NCBI RefSeq assembly: GCF_001194135.2
Contig: NC_068996.1
Coordinates: 9,263,273-9,327,272 of the forward strand
Length of the DNA: 64,000 nt
Direction: 5' to 3'
Source: Octopus bimaculoides
Taxonomy: Eukaryota
Made by a program: the position numbers and the translations under genes. The notes below the pieces were generated by a model. The model was given only the letters and a program-made list of their open reading frames with translations, made no database searches and was not told the DNA's origin. Below are positions 25,643-38,341 of the stretch, one piece after another; position 1 is the first letter of the stretch, and each line of letters starts with the position of its first letter.

Positions 25643-26243
25643 CCTATATATATACATATATAAAATCATGAACTTCTGTATATTTTATATCACCAACCAA
25701 TATAAAATGAACTTTGTTCATTGCTGTTTTCTACACTCCCCTGATTTTCACGCATGTTTTCTTACTTTTTTTTTTATCTATTTTTTCAGGAGTTGTTTCA
25801 GGTTGTAATTACACATCAGAACTAGTAATCTGTTTTTAAATTAACTTGACAAAAAGCTGTGTGGTTTTATTTCAATTTTTACCTATTTTACGTACTGTTC
25901 TGAAATTTATTTTATTCAGCTTTGTTGGTTCATTAAGTTTCCCAGCAACTCCTGCTAAAAAGCACAAGTAATTGTACATTTCTTATGGAAAGTGACGATG
26001 GATAATCATTTGATACTGTATCAGTTGTTAAGGAAAATATGCATATTTCTTTTCCATTTTACAGCCACAGCTGAAGTGAAACATGTTGTTTTTTTTTTTT
26101 AAATTCTGCATAGAGTCTTGGATTAATTACACAAAAATTCATTTCTGTGAGTTGATGTAGATAATAGGAAAGGAAAGTTTTGTCTTTCTTCAGAGACATT
26201 TGTTTACATCCGAGATTCTACTAATATAATTGTGTGTGAAGTA

Positions 26244-26244
<1 letters not shown>

Positions 26245-26289
<45 letters not shown>
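26245..26289. repeat. (GA)n microsatellite
   Basis: Direct reading. Confidence 0.95.
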
Positions 26290-26290
<1 letters not shown>

Positions 26291-26427
26291 ATGTGTATTA
26301 TGGCTTTGAGAAAGGAAAACTTAAAAGAGTGATATAGAGAAACAATGAAGAAGAGAAAAAAACAGTCTTGGAGAATAATGAAAAAGGGTCAAGACTAAAA
26401 CAAACGTGAGAGGGGATACCATATATT

Positions 26428-26479
<52 letters not shown>

Positions 26480-28245
26480 CACACACATACATGTACAAAC
26501 ATATTTACTGTTATAAATACAAAAACGTACATGAATGTATGTATATATTAAAAAAAAAAAATAATAAATCATTGACTTTCCATTAATGTGATTTAGATCA
26601 TCTGAATATTCAATTAAGAGTTTCTGTTTGTATTTTTCTTTCCATAAGGCATGCACATGCATGTGCAAGTGTGTGTATGTATGTGTGTGTGTGTGTGTGA
26701 AATCAACAGGTTTTTTTTTTTTATATTATTCTACTATTTTAGGAAAAGGGGTGGGAGAAGAATCAGTAGAGCAACAGGCAAAATGCATTGCTGTATTTAA
26801 TTACATTCACTACTTGTTTCTGAGCTCAAATTTTACCAGTGGTCAACTTTGGATTTTCACACACACAAACAGGGTTGAGAGCTAGATATGTCCAGTATTG
26901 TAAACATGTAGTATGGATGAAGAATTTGTAGTTTACATATATATATATATATATGTAGTTTTGGGGTGTTAGGTGGAAACAAATAAGTACCAGTCAAGTA
27001 CTGGAGTCGATATAATTGACAATATTCTTTCCGCCTTTCTCTTTGCTCAATATTTGGCCTTGTGGCTACTTTGGAAATCATTTTTTTTTTTTAATGTTTA
27101 TTGTCGTTCGTTTCGTTTTATTTCTCTGTCTGGTAAACATTGAGTTAACAACAGCTGTCAACTGTTTATTCAAACTGACTAAGAATATACAGCAGTATTT
27201 CGCTGCCAATAACCACCAGGCAGCCAGGTTGAATTTAGGAAACTACAAACTAGATTTAGAATGTGCAACAAGTTCACAAAGTGGAATGAATTATTTTGTT
27301 GTGGAGGAAGAAGTGAAGTCTAATGCTTCCGGCAGAACCCTTCATCGGAGAGGAGAGAGAGAGGTGGGGAAATGTTTACTAGTAGTGGTTAATAAATGCA
27401 TTTTGAGTGGTGGTAGTTGTAGTAGTTGGGATGATAGTGGTAGTTGTAGTGGTGATGGTAGTTGTCATCAATAGTAGTAGTAATGTTGTTGTTATTGTTA
27501 TTGAGGCAACAACCTGGCAAAATCGTTATCATGCTGGACAAAATGCTTAGCAGCACTTTGTTCATTTTTGGCGTTCTGTGTTCGAATTCAGCTGCTATCA
27601 ACTTTGCCTTTCATCCCTTAAGGGTCCATAAAATGAGTACCAGTTGAATATTGGGGTTGATGTGGTCAATATACTCCTACCTCCTACCTTGAAATTACTG
27701 GCCTTGTGCCAAAATTTTAAGCCATCATCACCTTCATCATCATTATTATTATTATCATTATCATTATTATTATGAAGGTCACAAGCTGGCAGAATTGTTA
27801 ACATGCCAGAGAAAAATACTTCATGCCGTTTTGCCTGCCATTATGTTCTGAGTTCAAAATCAGCTGAGGCCAACTTTACCTTTTGTCCTTCTCAGGGTCA
27901 GTAAAATAAGTACTATTTGAGGACTTGGTGTCATTGTAATCAAATGGACTCTCCCACAAAAATTTCAGGATTTGTAACTATGTTTGAAAGGATTATTGTT
28001 GTAGTAGAAGTAGTAGTTTTAGAATGGCTTAGTAAGATTCAACCCTTTTTTTTTTCTTTTTCTCTTGTTGGTTTCATCCCTGTGCTGGCTTCAGAGAATC
28101 ACTGGACTGTGGCCATGCCATGTCACCCTAACACCCACCCTTTTCATTTATGGAATTACCTTTGATCATAGGCATGTTGGATCTGGGTTGACTTTGGACA
28201 GCACAACAACAACAAAAATGGTGTTCTGTAAACTGCAAGTGTAAC

Positions 28246-28320
28246 CATTATAAAGAACATTATTATTATAAAGAACATTATTATTATAAAGAACATTATC
28301 ATTATAAAGAACATTATTAA
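28246..28320. repeat. 18-bp minisatellite, about 4 copies
   Basis: ttataaagaacattatta unit. Confidence 0.9.
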
Positions 28321-29035
28321 TCTCTCTGTTCCAGCACATTATTTCATACAAATTTCTTTTTATTCAAAAGTATTCAGCATTTCTTCTGACAATTCTTGGC
28401 ATTAGCTTGTTTCACTGTTTTTCTGAGGTTTCTTTTTGTTGTTGTTTTTTTTATTTAAATTTTCTTCCCTCTCACATGGAATTTTGTCATCTTATGTATA
28501 ATCTCACTTTCTGAATCTTCTCTGTTTTAATAAGCTCCATGTTACACTTACAAATCTACTGTTATGAAATACTGTAATAACTAAGTTATTGGCTAGCTCA
28601 ATAGAATTATCGAATTTCTTAAATCCTAATGGGTTGAGTAATTTACATCAATTAACTCATTATTATTTAAATCATACCAACAGTGTTTCCGGTCCTTCAT
28701 TAAACATTTCTATAACATTTTAGATTTTTATTTGAATGTCCATAATAAATACATTTCCTATTGTTGTTCTTTTACTCCATTCAGAATCTATTTAGCATTG
28801 TAGTGCATTGAGAGGTGCTTTTTTTTTGCTTTTTTTAAGTGAGAGAAAACTTTATTGAAATTAGTTGATTGAATTTTTTTGAACAGTAACGACAAGATAG
28901 ATTGGATTGAGTCCAGTCTTTTATTCAACATACTCGTCACAAGAATATTTGATGCCAGATTATTTGGGAAATGTTACCTGTCCCATCCAAGCTGAAGGTG
29001 TTTTTTTTTTTTTGCTGCCTTGGATCAGTTTACAT

Positions 29036-29263
29036 ATAACCCTTTAGCATTTAAACTAACCATAACCAAGCCCAGATATTCTACTTGTTTTATATTCAAA
29101 CCAGCCAGATCCTGCCTCTCACACCTACCCTACTATGTCATTCTAAAAATAAACAATCACCTCATAGGAGTTTCAATGCTACAAGCTACTGCATAATTAA
29201 TTAAAAACAATGTGAATAAATAAGCATTACATTTGACAGTAACCTGAATACTAAATGATTTAA
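29036..29263 (+). mobile_element. MITE family 1, near full length
   Basis: Ends are ataaccctttagcatt ... aatactaaatgatttaa. Confidence 0.8.
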
Positions 29264-29270
29264 GTATAGA

Positions 29271-29487
29271 TGCTGTTGCCAGTACCACCAGACTGGCCCT
29301 CATGCCTGTGACACGTAAAAGCACCCACTACACTCTAGGAGTGGTTGGCGTTAGGAAGGGCATCCAGCTGTAGAAACTCTGCCAAATCAGATTGGAGCCT
29401 GGTGTAGCCATCTGGTTCACCAGTCCTCAGTCAAATCGTCCAACCCATACTAGCATGGAAAGCGGACGTTAAATGATGATGATGATG
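29271..29487 (+). mobile_element. RTE 3' UTR/tail
   Basis: One tandem subunit plus the standard tail and (ATG)n. Confidence 0.85.
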
Positions 29488-31347
29488 TGTTGTTATAGTT
29501 GATGTTGTTTTACCCTAAGTTAGTCCTGATTGGTCAAACCTACTGCTTTGTCTTTTATTCAGGCATGTACAAAATTTAGGACTACCTAATTTTACTTTCT
29601 TAAGATGATACATTGTGATTTGAGGAAGATTTACCTGATATCTCAAGCAGACAGTCTGATGACACAGAGCCTTGCTTGTTGACTTGTGTGTTTGTTGGTT
29701 TGCTTATGCATTTGTGCATGTATGTGTCTGAATATGTGTATGTGTTCATATTCTCATAACTTGAAATCAGTCTGTATCTGTCTTCTGTTTAAATCATTTC
29801 TTTTAGATGAATTTTCTCTACTTATTTTCCTTAAATTGAAATAAGGGAAGATAATTGAAATTAACATTTCATTACTGTTTGAGATTGTTCTTCATCTTGT
29901 AGAAGGTTACGCCAAGTTCAAAGCCTCTGATTTTTAATGTGATGACTTATAATGGATTATTGTACCAAACTGTCTGCGTTTGTTAATACACACACACACA
30001 CACAATTATATACACACACATACACATATATTTATAGAGGCAGTTGTAGCTGTGTGGTTGAGAAGTTTGCTTCCCAACCATGTGCTCATGAGTTCAATTT
30101 TACTACAAGCATCTTGGATACATGTCTTCTACAATAGCCTCATGAGTGGATTTGGTAAACAGAAACTGAAACAAGCCCCTTGTTTCTATATATGTATTTA
30201 TATATGGTGGTGGTGGTGGTGGTTGGGGTTAGTCTGAGGTCATAGTTAAAGACATTTCCCCAAGTTGCCACATGGCAGGATGGAACCTTAAGCCACGTAA
30301 TTACATAGCAAATTCCAACAAACTCCATATCTATACAGCCATGCCTACAACTGTATTTCAAAGATGTTAATGTGTGTGTGTGTGTGTGTACATATATAAA
30401 CATTTATATATATATTTTGGAGGAAACATGTGGAAGGGATTGGCCCAGAAAGAGAGGGGATAAAGTGGTGAGGAAGGAACTTCATATGTTAGGCCTCACA
30501 GAGTAAATAACAGCTGATCGAAACCCCTGTTTGAGAAGTCATGTCAAGCCAAGTACAATCATGGTTGTCCTTGCATACAGCTATGTCCCCTGAATCCCTC
30601 TTTAACTGAGCGTTCCTAATCTTGTGGGTTTGTGGGTGCCACATAAAAAGCACCCATAGCAGTGCCATGTAAAAGCACCTGTGCCAGTGCTGCATAAAAG
30701 CACCCAGTGGTCAATGCTAGGAAGGGCATTCAGCCATAGAAACCATCTGCAAGCAGACACGGAGCCCTGGCAGCTCTTCAGCTCACTAGCTGAAAAATGG
30801 ATGTTAAATAATTCTGATGATGATGATGTACATATATATTTACATATATATTTACATCATATATACACCAACATCTTTTAAACACATGCAGACTTGCACA
30901 CATACATGGTCACACATATGTATATGAATAGACACATACACAGAGAACACATGTGTTAATCCATAATAGAAATACTTGACATATCTGAGATATAGAGCAG
31001 CTGCTACACATGCACACATGCCAAAAGAAACAAGCAAACAAACAAACAAAAGATAAATCATTCACCACAACCACAAAAAAAAAACATCTATTCAGCTTTT
31101 TGGCAAAGTTCATTTTTACAAACCGCTCTATAACTTGCAGAAAACAATGAGGGTATCTCTATATGTCTCTATATGGTCACTCAGTGTGCTAAAAGTAGCG
31201 GCAGCCCAAATTTCGCTAAAATTACTCTGTACCATTAAATGGGAAAGGCGCTCATTCACAAATATCATGCAATGTCTGGACAAAGAGACAATAACATACT
31301 CACACACACTTGGTTATTAGTTTTGAATGTATCTCAAATCTGTGGTG

Positions 31348-31391
<44 letters not shown>

Positions 31392-32229
31392 TGGTAATGC
31401 AAAATAATTGATTTTCAAGCAAATAGCCTGACATCATATCACAAATAGTGTACAAGCCAATAAAATGTGTTCTTGCAATCACCCAGTCAGCATAGCTTAT
31501 GACCAAACATTAATATGGGTACAAACTGTCATCATCATCATTTAACGTCCATCTTCCATGCACACATGGGTAGGATGATTGACAGGAGTCGGCCAGGTAC
31601 AAAAACGACCCTAGGCTACTGTGTCTGTTTTAGCAGGGACTTTATGGCTGCATGGCCTTCCTAACACCAACCGCTCTGCAGAGTGGACTCAGTGCTTTTT
31701 ACATGGTACTAGCACAGGTGAAGTTAGTTTTGGCATGATTTTTACAACTGGATGCCCTTCCTAACACCAACCACTTTACAGTGTGGACTGGATGCTTTTA
31801 ATGTAGCACCAGCACTGGCAAGGTCACCAAGTAACTCAAAAGACAAGGAATTTTGAGAGGGGTGAGGGCATTTGAGGAGGGGAACTTGTGTCAGAGGATG
31901 AAATGTTAAAGTGTGGCAGAGAGACAGAGAGGCAGAAACAGGTGTCTTGATATAACGGAGGGGGCATTGGAGGAGATGATTCAGTGTCAGATGATGAAAG
32001 GTTAAAGTGTAACAGGGAAATAGAGAGGCAGAAATAGGTGTCTTGTTATAGGAGGTACAAGAGAGAGAGAGAGGAAGAAGAAAGAGGCCAGAAAGAAGTG
32101 TGCTGATGTACAGGAGACACTTAGTTACGTAGTCAGAGGTAAAACAGGAGATATCTGTATCTCTATCTGATAGCTAATGGAAGGCAATGACTTTGGTGGG
32201 CATATGGACAGCCAATGGAAGGTAATGAC

Positions 32230-32790
32230 ATTTAGTTTAGCAATGCATGCTTTACACATTTCAAAAGAGCAACAAGGCCGACATCTGCAAGGGAAATGAT
32301 ATCTACTGTATATGCTGATGGTGTGAGCATTTGGAATTGCTAGAGGTGGCTTGACAAATTAAGCAAAAAAACGATGATTTCAATCTTTTGGATGGGTATC
32401 ATTGAGGAAGACCAACTGTTCGCAATAATGACATTATGAAAACAGCAGATGAAGAGGATCTGTATCAGAGTATCGGGTACTCAGCTCAAATTCTTAAGAA
32501 AACCTTGATCCACTGTGCAAAATTACCTCAAGTAGATTGGGAAAGTGTATAGGGTAGTGTGTACCTTATAAGCTGTCTCTTGAGAATAAAGGCTTTATTC
32601 AGTGAAGATAACACAAGGAAAGATAAATTGATTAGGCTGGGGAGTTCAACCTCACCCTCCCTACACACCAGACGTAAACACTATCAGATTTTCACTTGAT
32701 CAGGTCACTTGAACACTTGGGAAAACAATAGAAATGCATCCAGAAGCAGGGACAATGTTGAAACAGCACTTCATACACTTTTCTCTTCTA
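32230..32790 (+). mobile_element. Decayed, internally deleted mariner transposase
   Basis: Frameshifted pieces read CMLYTFQKSN / TVYADGVSIWNC*RWLDK / DDFNLLD..GRPTV / IGKV / CVPYKLS (WVPHEL motif) / HPPYTPD + SDFHLIRSLEH (YSPDLAPSDFHLF motif). Confidence 0.8.
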
Positions 32791-34108
32791 AAAAAACATT
32801 AATTTTTTTTTTTTACCTGAGGTACTTATAGCTAGATAACCTGTTAATAGTTCAGTTTCTTAGTCATGTACACAGTGCAGCGGACTAAACCACACTGATG
32901 TATCTACTTATAGCTAGGTAAACTGCTGATTGCTCATTAAATGTTTTGGTCATTGATGCAGAATAGTGAATTATACCACATTGTGGTACCTACATACAAC
33001 TAGGTAGAATGGACTGTTGACAGTCCTGTGCTTTGGTTGTTGAGGAAGTACAGTACCAGTAAAAAGTTATGCACCATTGACTTCAACAGCTGAGTATCTG
33101 CTACCCTAACCCCTTGGCCATCCAACTCCAGTTTTTTTTTCTTTTTCGTTATTATTTTTTGTATTTGTTGAAATATTTTTCCTTAGAGAAAAATTTATCA
33201 ATAAATCACACATAACTGTTACTTAATGATTGTATAAGTTTATAACAAAATAAATCTTGATTATTTCTGTTTTATACTCATCAGCATGTCTTCTCTTGTT
33301 CAACAATCAATAAATGACAACTCCACAACCTGCTGACTGTTGACAGATTTTTTCCTTTTTTTTTCCTTTTTTTTTTTTGTATCATTATTGAACCTGTTAC
33401 TGTTGTTCGATTTTTTCTTTTCTTTCACTGTATTTGAACAGCATTTTTTTTGTGTGTGCGTGTGTCATTGTCATTGGGTTTTTTTTTTTTGTGAAGTGAG
33501 TTGAGAACTTAGTGGTGGTGGATGGGAGATGTTTTCAATCCATGTCTTACAGAAAAGATCAAATAATTTTTTTTTTCTGCAGAGCAGCATCCGTCCTCTC
33601 ATCCTGTGATCTTGCATCAAATTGCAAAGGAAGGTTCATTCTGATTCTAATTGGATCTTCTTCCTCGTTGTCCAACACTGTGACACTGGATGCCAGTTAC
33701 ATTTCACTTGACAGTAACACACCACAGAATATGATCTCTCTCTCTCTCTCTTCCTCCAAGCTTGGCATACTCCCCAAAATCATAGCACTTTGAAACTAAT
33801 GAGGAAGTCTCTATATGGTTGCTCAACCTGCAAGAAATACTGATCAAATCAAAAATCTTCCTCGGACCACAACTCCACAGTCTTCTGGAAGTAGAGACAT
33901 CAGGGAAACGTTCTCCTAGATGTACCACCGAGTCCAAACAAAGGATTGGATGTCAAAAATTGAACTTTCCTTTAACCGTAGCTCAGCTTGATCAAAGACG
34001 ACTTGGTGCTAATTAATAAGAGTTTTAAGGTGGGCAAAATAAGTTAAATGTTTGTCATACACCAAAAAAATTTACTACACATCACTCAACAGTTCCTGAG
34101 TACATCAT

Positions 34109-34169
<61 letters not shown>

Positions 34170-34180
34170 TAGTAGTAGTA
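34109..34180. repeat. (TAG)n microsatellite
   Basis: Direct reading. Confidence 0.95.
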
Positions 34181-34261
34181 ATCGTCGTCGTTGTAGCAGC
34201 AGCATCAGTAACAGCAGTACTGATTTCATAAATGTGTGTGTGTGTGTGTGTGCATATGTGT

Positions 34262-34552
34262 GAAGGCATGTGGACTAGTGTGGTTAGGGCATTGCACTCG
34301 TGATGTCTAGATCCTGTGTTCAATTCCTGGACCGAGTGTTCTTGAGCAAAATACTTCATTTCACACTGTCCCAGTCCTCTCAACTGTAAATAGGTACCCC
34401 TGGGACAGAATAGCCTTCTGATCAGGGGCAAGGTCAAACTACTTGCCTAGCCAGTGGGGTGGCGTCATTTGAAAGCTTAAACAATGCAAAGTGCATTGTG
34501 ACTAGTGATGTATAACAACACTTGATAGTCTGGTTGTTCCTGTGATCACATG
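34262..34552 (+). mobile_element. SINE family E (tRNA-like head, CORE-like block, cttgcctagccagtggggtggcgtc 3' half)
   Basis: Head ctagtgtggttaggg...gttcaattcc, then gtgttcttgagcaaaatacttcatttcac. Confidence 0.65.
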
Positions 34553-34721
34553 TGTATGTTAATGTGTTGTTGTTTTACCACAGGTCAGCCCAAGTTGCAT
34601 ATATATACAGAGGAAAGTTCTCCTCTATTTAAGATAATACGGTTTAATCCAACATAGATTCAGCTGCTATTTCTAACATATTGAATAACTACATTGGGAA
34701 TACATATTGGTTCATACTCTT

Positions 34722-35242
34722 ACTCTTTTACTAGTTTCAGTCATTTGACTGTGGCCATGCTGGAGCACCGCCTTTAATCAAACAAATCGACCCCAGGACT
34801 TATTCTTTGTAAGCCTAGTACTTATTCTATCGGTCTCTATTGCCGAACCGCTAAGTTACGGGGACGTAAACACAACAGCATCGGTTGTCAAGCGAAGTTG
34901 GGGGGACAAACACAGACACACAGACATATACACACACATACATATATANNNNNNNNNNNNNNNNNNNNNNNNNNNNNNNNNNNNNNNNNNNNNNNNNNNN
35001 NNNNNNNNNNNNNNNNNNNNNNNNNNNNNNNNNNNNNNNNNNNNNNNNNNNNNNNNNNATATACATATATATATACATATATATACGATGGGGCTTCTTT
35101 CAGTTTCCGTCTACCAAATCCACTCACAAGGCTTTGGTTGGCCCGAGGCTATAGTAAAAGACACTTGATCAAGGTGCCACGCAGTGGGGCTGAACCCGGA
35201 ACCATGTGGTTGGTAAGCAAGCTACTTAACACAGCCACTCCT
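34722..35242 (-). mobile_element. SINE family A, young CpG-rich copy; its central microsatellite contains an N gap
   Basis: Near-consensus sequence with retained CpGs; gap at 34949-35058. Confidence 0.92.
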
Positions 35243-35354
35243 ACACCTACATGTTATATAAATGTGTAACATATACATATTATAAAATAAAGTTAGTTTG
35301 TTTTCCACCTTCAGGCCTATCACAATGCAGAGTTCATCTTGGTTTTTGTGGTGT

Positions 35355-35935
35355 TTAACCATTTTGATTCCAACCTACCCAAGACTGCCCCTGGTTCTCT
35401 GGCACAGGCTTCCTGCTTTTAAAGTGATCTAAATTAAAACCTTCCAACAAAATGTCACATTTATATATGCACCAAACACCCAACTTAATAATAACAAAGA
35501 TATTTTAACCAAATTCTTAGTTGTGTGGGTAAGAAGCTCGCTCCTCAAACACGTGGTCTTTGGTTGAATCCCACTGTACAGTACCTTGGCCAAGTGTCTC
35601 CCTCTATAGCCCTGAGCTGACACCCTTGTGAGTGGATTCAGTAGATGGAACTAAGAATCTCATTATGTGTATGTGCGTGTGTGTGTACAGAGATATCTTC
35701 AATATTTATATCTGTGTGAGTGTGTTTTTGTGTTTGTCCGACTGATACACTAAGGTAGGTACCAGTTCAAGAAGAAAAAAAAAAGCTACTGGTACACTTA
35801 TGTTTTTGTTCAACTAAACCCTTCAATTACACTGCCCAGGCATGGCCACAGTCCAAGAACTAAAACAAAATAAGAGGATAATTCTAAAAATTAATCGAAA
35901 CAAAGGCAGTGTATTTTAACAGAAATATGTTAATG
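35355..35935 (+). mobile_element. MITE family 2 interrupted by a family A SINE (about 35521-35875)
   Basis: The left half ttaaccattttgattccaacc...aaccaaattctt resumes as aaaattaatcgaaacaaaggcagtgtattttaacagaaatatg after the SINE tail. Confidence 0.7.
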
Positions 35936-37072
35936 TGTTAGGCAACTGAGTGTGTGTGTGTGGTTCATTATTTCACGTACCCTGTATTCTTTGTTAACAC
36001 ATTGGCAAAGATGGATGTACATAGTTTTTAGACAGAGTGAGGAGACTATAGCAACACATCTACTGTGTTTACAAGTGTGGAAAGTCTGTGAGTATATTTG
36101 GCACTCTAACCTTGCAAGCAATTAATTGTGTGGCCACTTCATGGCGCAACCAGGTTTGCTATAGTAACAAGAAAGTAATGGATTTTTTTTTGTTTTTTGT
36201 TTTTGTTTTTCTTTTTATTTCCTTCTCTGCCAAAATTGGTAAAAATATTTGATGCAGTCGTCAGGTGTGTTTTCTCGTGAAAGATTCTGTGATAAATTCC
36301 ACGAAAAAGGTTACAAGATGGCTGAATTACTCCAAATCAGGAAGAAGGAATAAAAAAAGAAAAAAAAAAGGAAAGAAATTAAAAGTAAAAAGAAAACAGA
36401 ATGAAAGAAAGAAAATCAATAAGTTTGGTTGGCTAAGAAAGTTGCTTTCACCTTAGAGACATCAGGCGATAGATACCTGGTTATAGTAAGGTCATGTGGT
36501 TAGAATCGATTCTGCGGACTGGATACGAGTTGGGAGTGGTGGTGGTGGTGGTGGTGGTGGTGATGGTGGTGGCAGGAAACGACTGTTATGGAGAGAGTAA
36601 TGATAACCAAGGCACCAAAATCATTGTCAATGTCAAAGCTTTCAAGGGATTTCTCTACCTTGCTTGCTACCACCACCACCACCACCACCATCACTACCAC
36701 TGACAGCACCACCACTGCTACCACCAACACCACCACTATCACCAACAAAGCAGATGCACTTTGCAGAAATCAAATGAACAATGAAGATGTGTGTGTGTGT
36801 GCACACAAATATGTACAAATGTGTATATGTATATATATTATGTGCATGCATATGGATATCTTTGTGTGTGTGTACATATATAATTTTGTGTGCATATTGG
36901 TCTATGATTGTATATGCTTGTGTGTGTTTGTGCATATTTCTCATTTCACAGGCTGGATTCTCTTGCCATCACCAACTGTTTTAGCTGCTTCTTATGACAC
37001 AGGTTCGCAGTGTACCTATTTAAAATAGGATATATATATATGTGTGTGTGTGTGTGTATGTATGTAAGTATA

Positions 37073-37107
<35 letters not shown>

Positions 37108-37779
37108 ATACAAATGATATGTGAGCATATGCATATATACATACATATATGTACATACTTACATCTACATGTATATATAGATGCATATCCGGGTACAGGA
37201 TGTCATATATATATATGAGAGAGAGAGAGAAAGAGATGTACACACACATGTGTATATGTATATATCTATAAACATGGCTACATGTATGAAAATATTAGAT
37301 ACAAATGTATACATCATTATTTTAATTATCATTGCTTAGTGTGCCTTCAGTTAATTAATTCCAGCTTGACAAAGCTCTGTACACACCAGCAGTCTTATTA
37401 TTTGCTGTTTACATATAAGAATGGGCTATGACTGACATATTTGGAGTCTATAGCTGATGAAGTGTAACAACACAGAAACATGTCCTACAGTCTTCATAAC
37501 ATCATTCATAGCCCAGTGTGACATATTTTCCACACATGTTGTCTATGAGGAGAATTTCTCTTCAGAGACTGTTATCACAGCAAAGGTCTTCCAACTTTTG
37601 AGTGTGCATCAATGTGTGAAATATAAATGTATTTTTAACCATTGCCGCTTAATGCATGCTTGTGTGTGTGTGTGTGTGTGTAAATTGCTGGTAACATGAG
37701 AAGCCATTGTTGAATACAAACCCTCTTTTAACCAATGTGTATCTATCCATCTATGTATTTATTTATCTATCTATACACA

Positions 37780-37842
<63 letters not shown>

Positions 37843-38022
37843 ATATATATATATATATATATGTATGTATATATATATGTATATCCAGCTGTAGAAACTC
37901 TACCAGATCAGATTGGAGCCTGGTGTAGCCTTCTGGCTTGCCAGTCCTCGGTAAAATCATCTAACCTATGCTAGCATGGAAAGCGGACATTAAATGATGA
38001 TGATGATATGTATATATATATA

Positions 38023-38054
<32 letters not shown>

Positions 38055-38104
38055 GATAGATAGATAGATAGATAGATACATATATATATGTGTATATATG
38101 TGTA

Positions 38105-38156
<52 letters not shown>

Positions 38157-38308
38157 CATACATACAAGCACACGCGTATGTGTAGCAATTAATCAACCTA
38201 TCATATGGATAAATATTTGATAGTTATATTTGAAAATAATTTTTATGATGTTCTAAACAATTAGCAAGAGGGTCCAATAAAAATGGAAAATGCATGAAAT
38301 TCAGAGCA

Positions 38309-38341
<33 letters not shown>

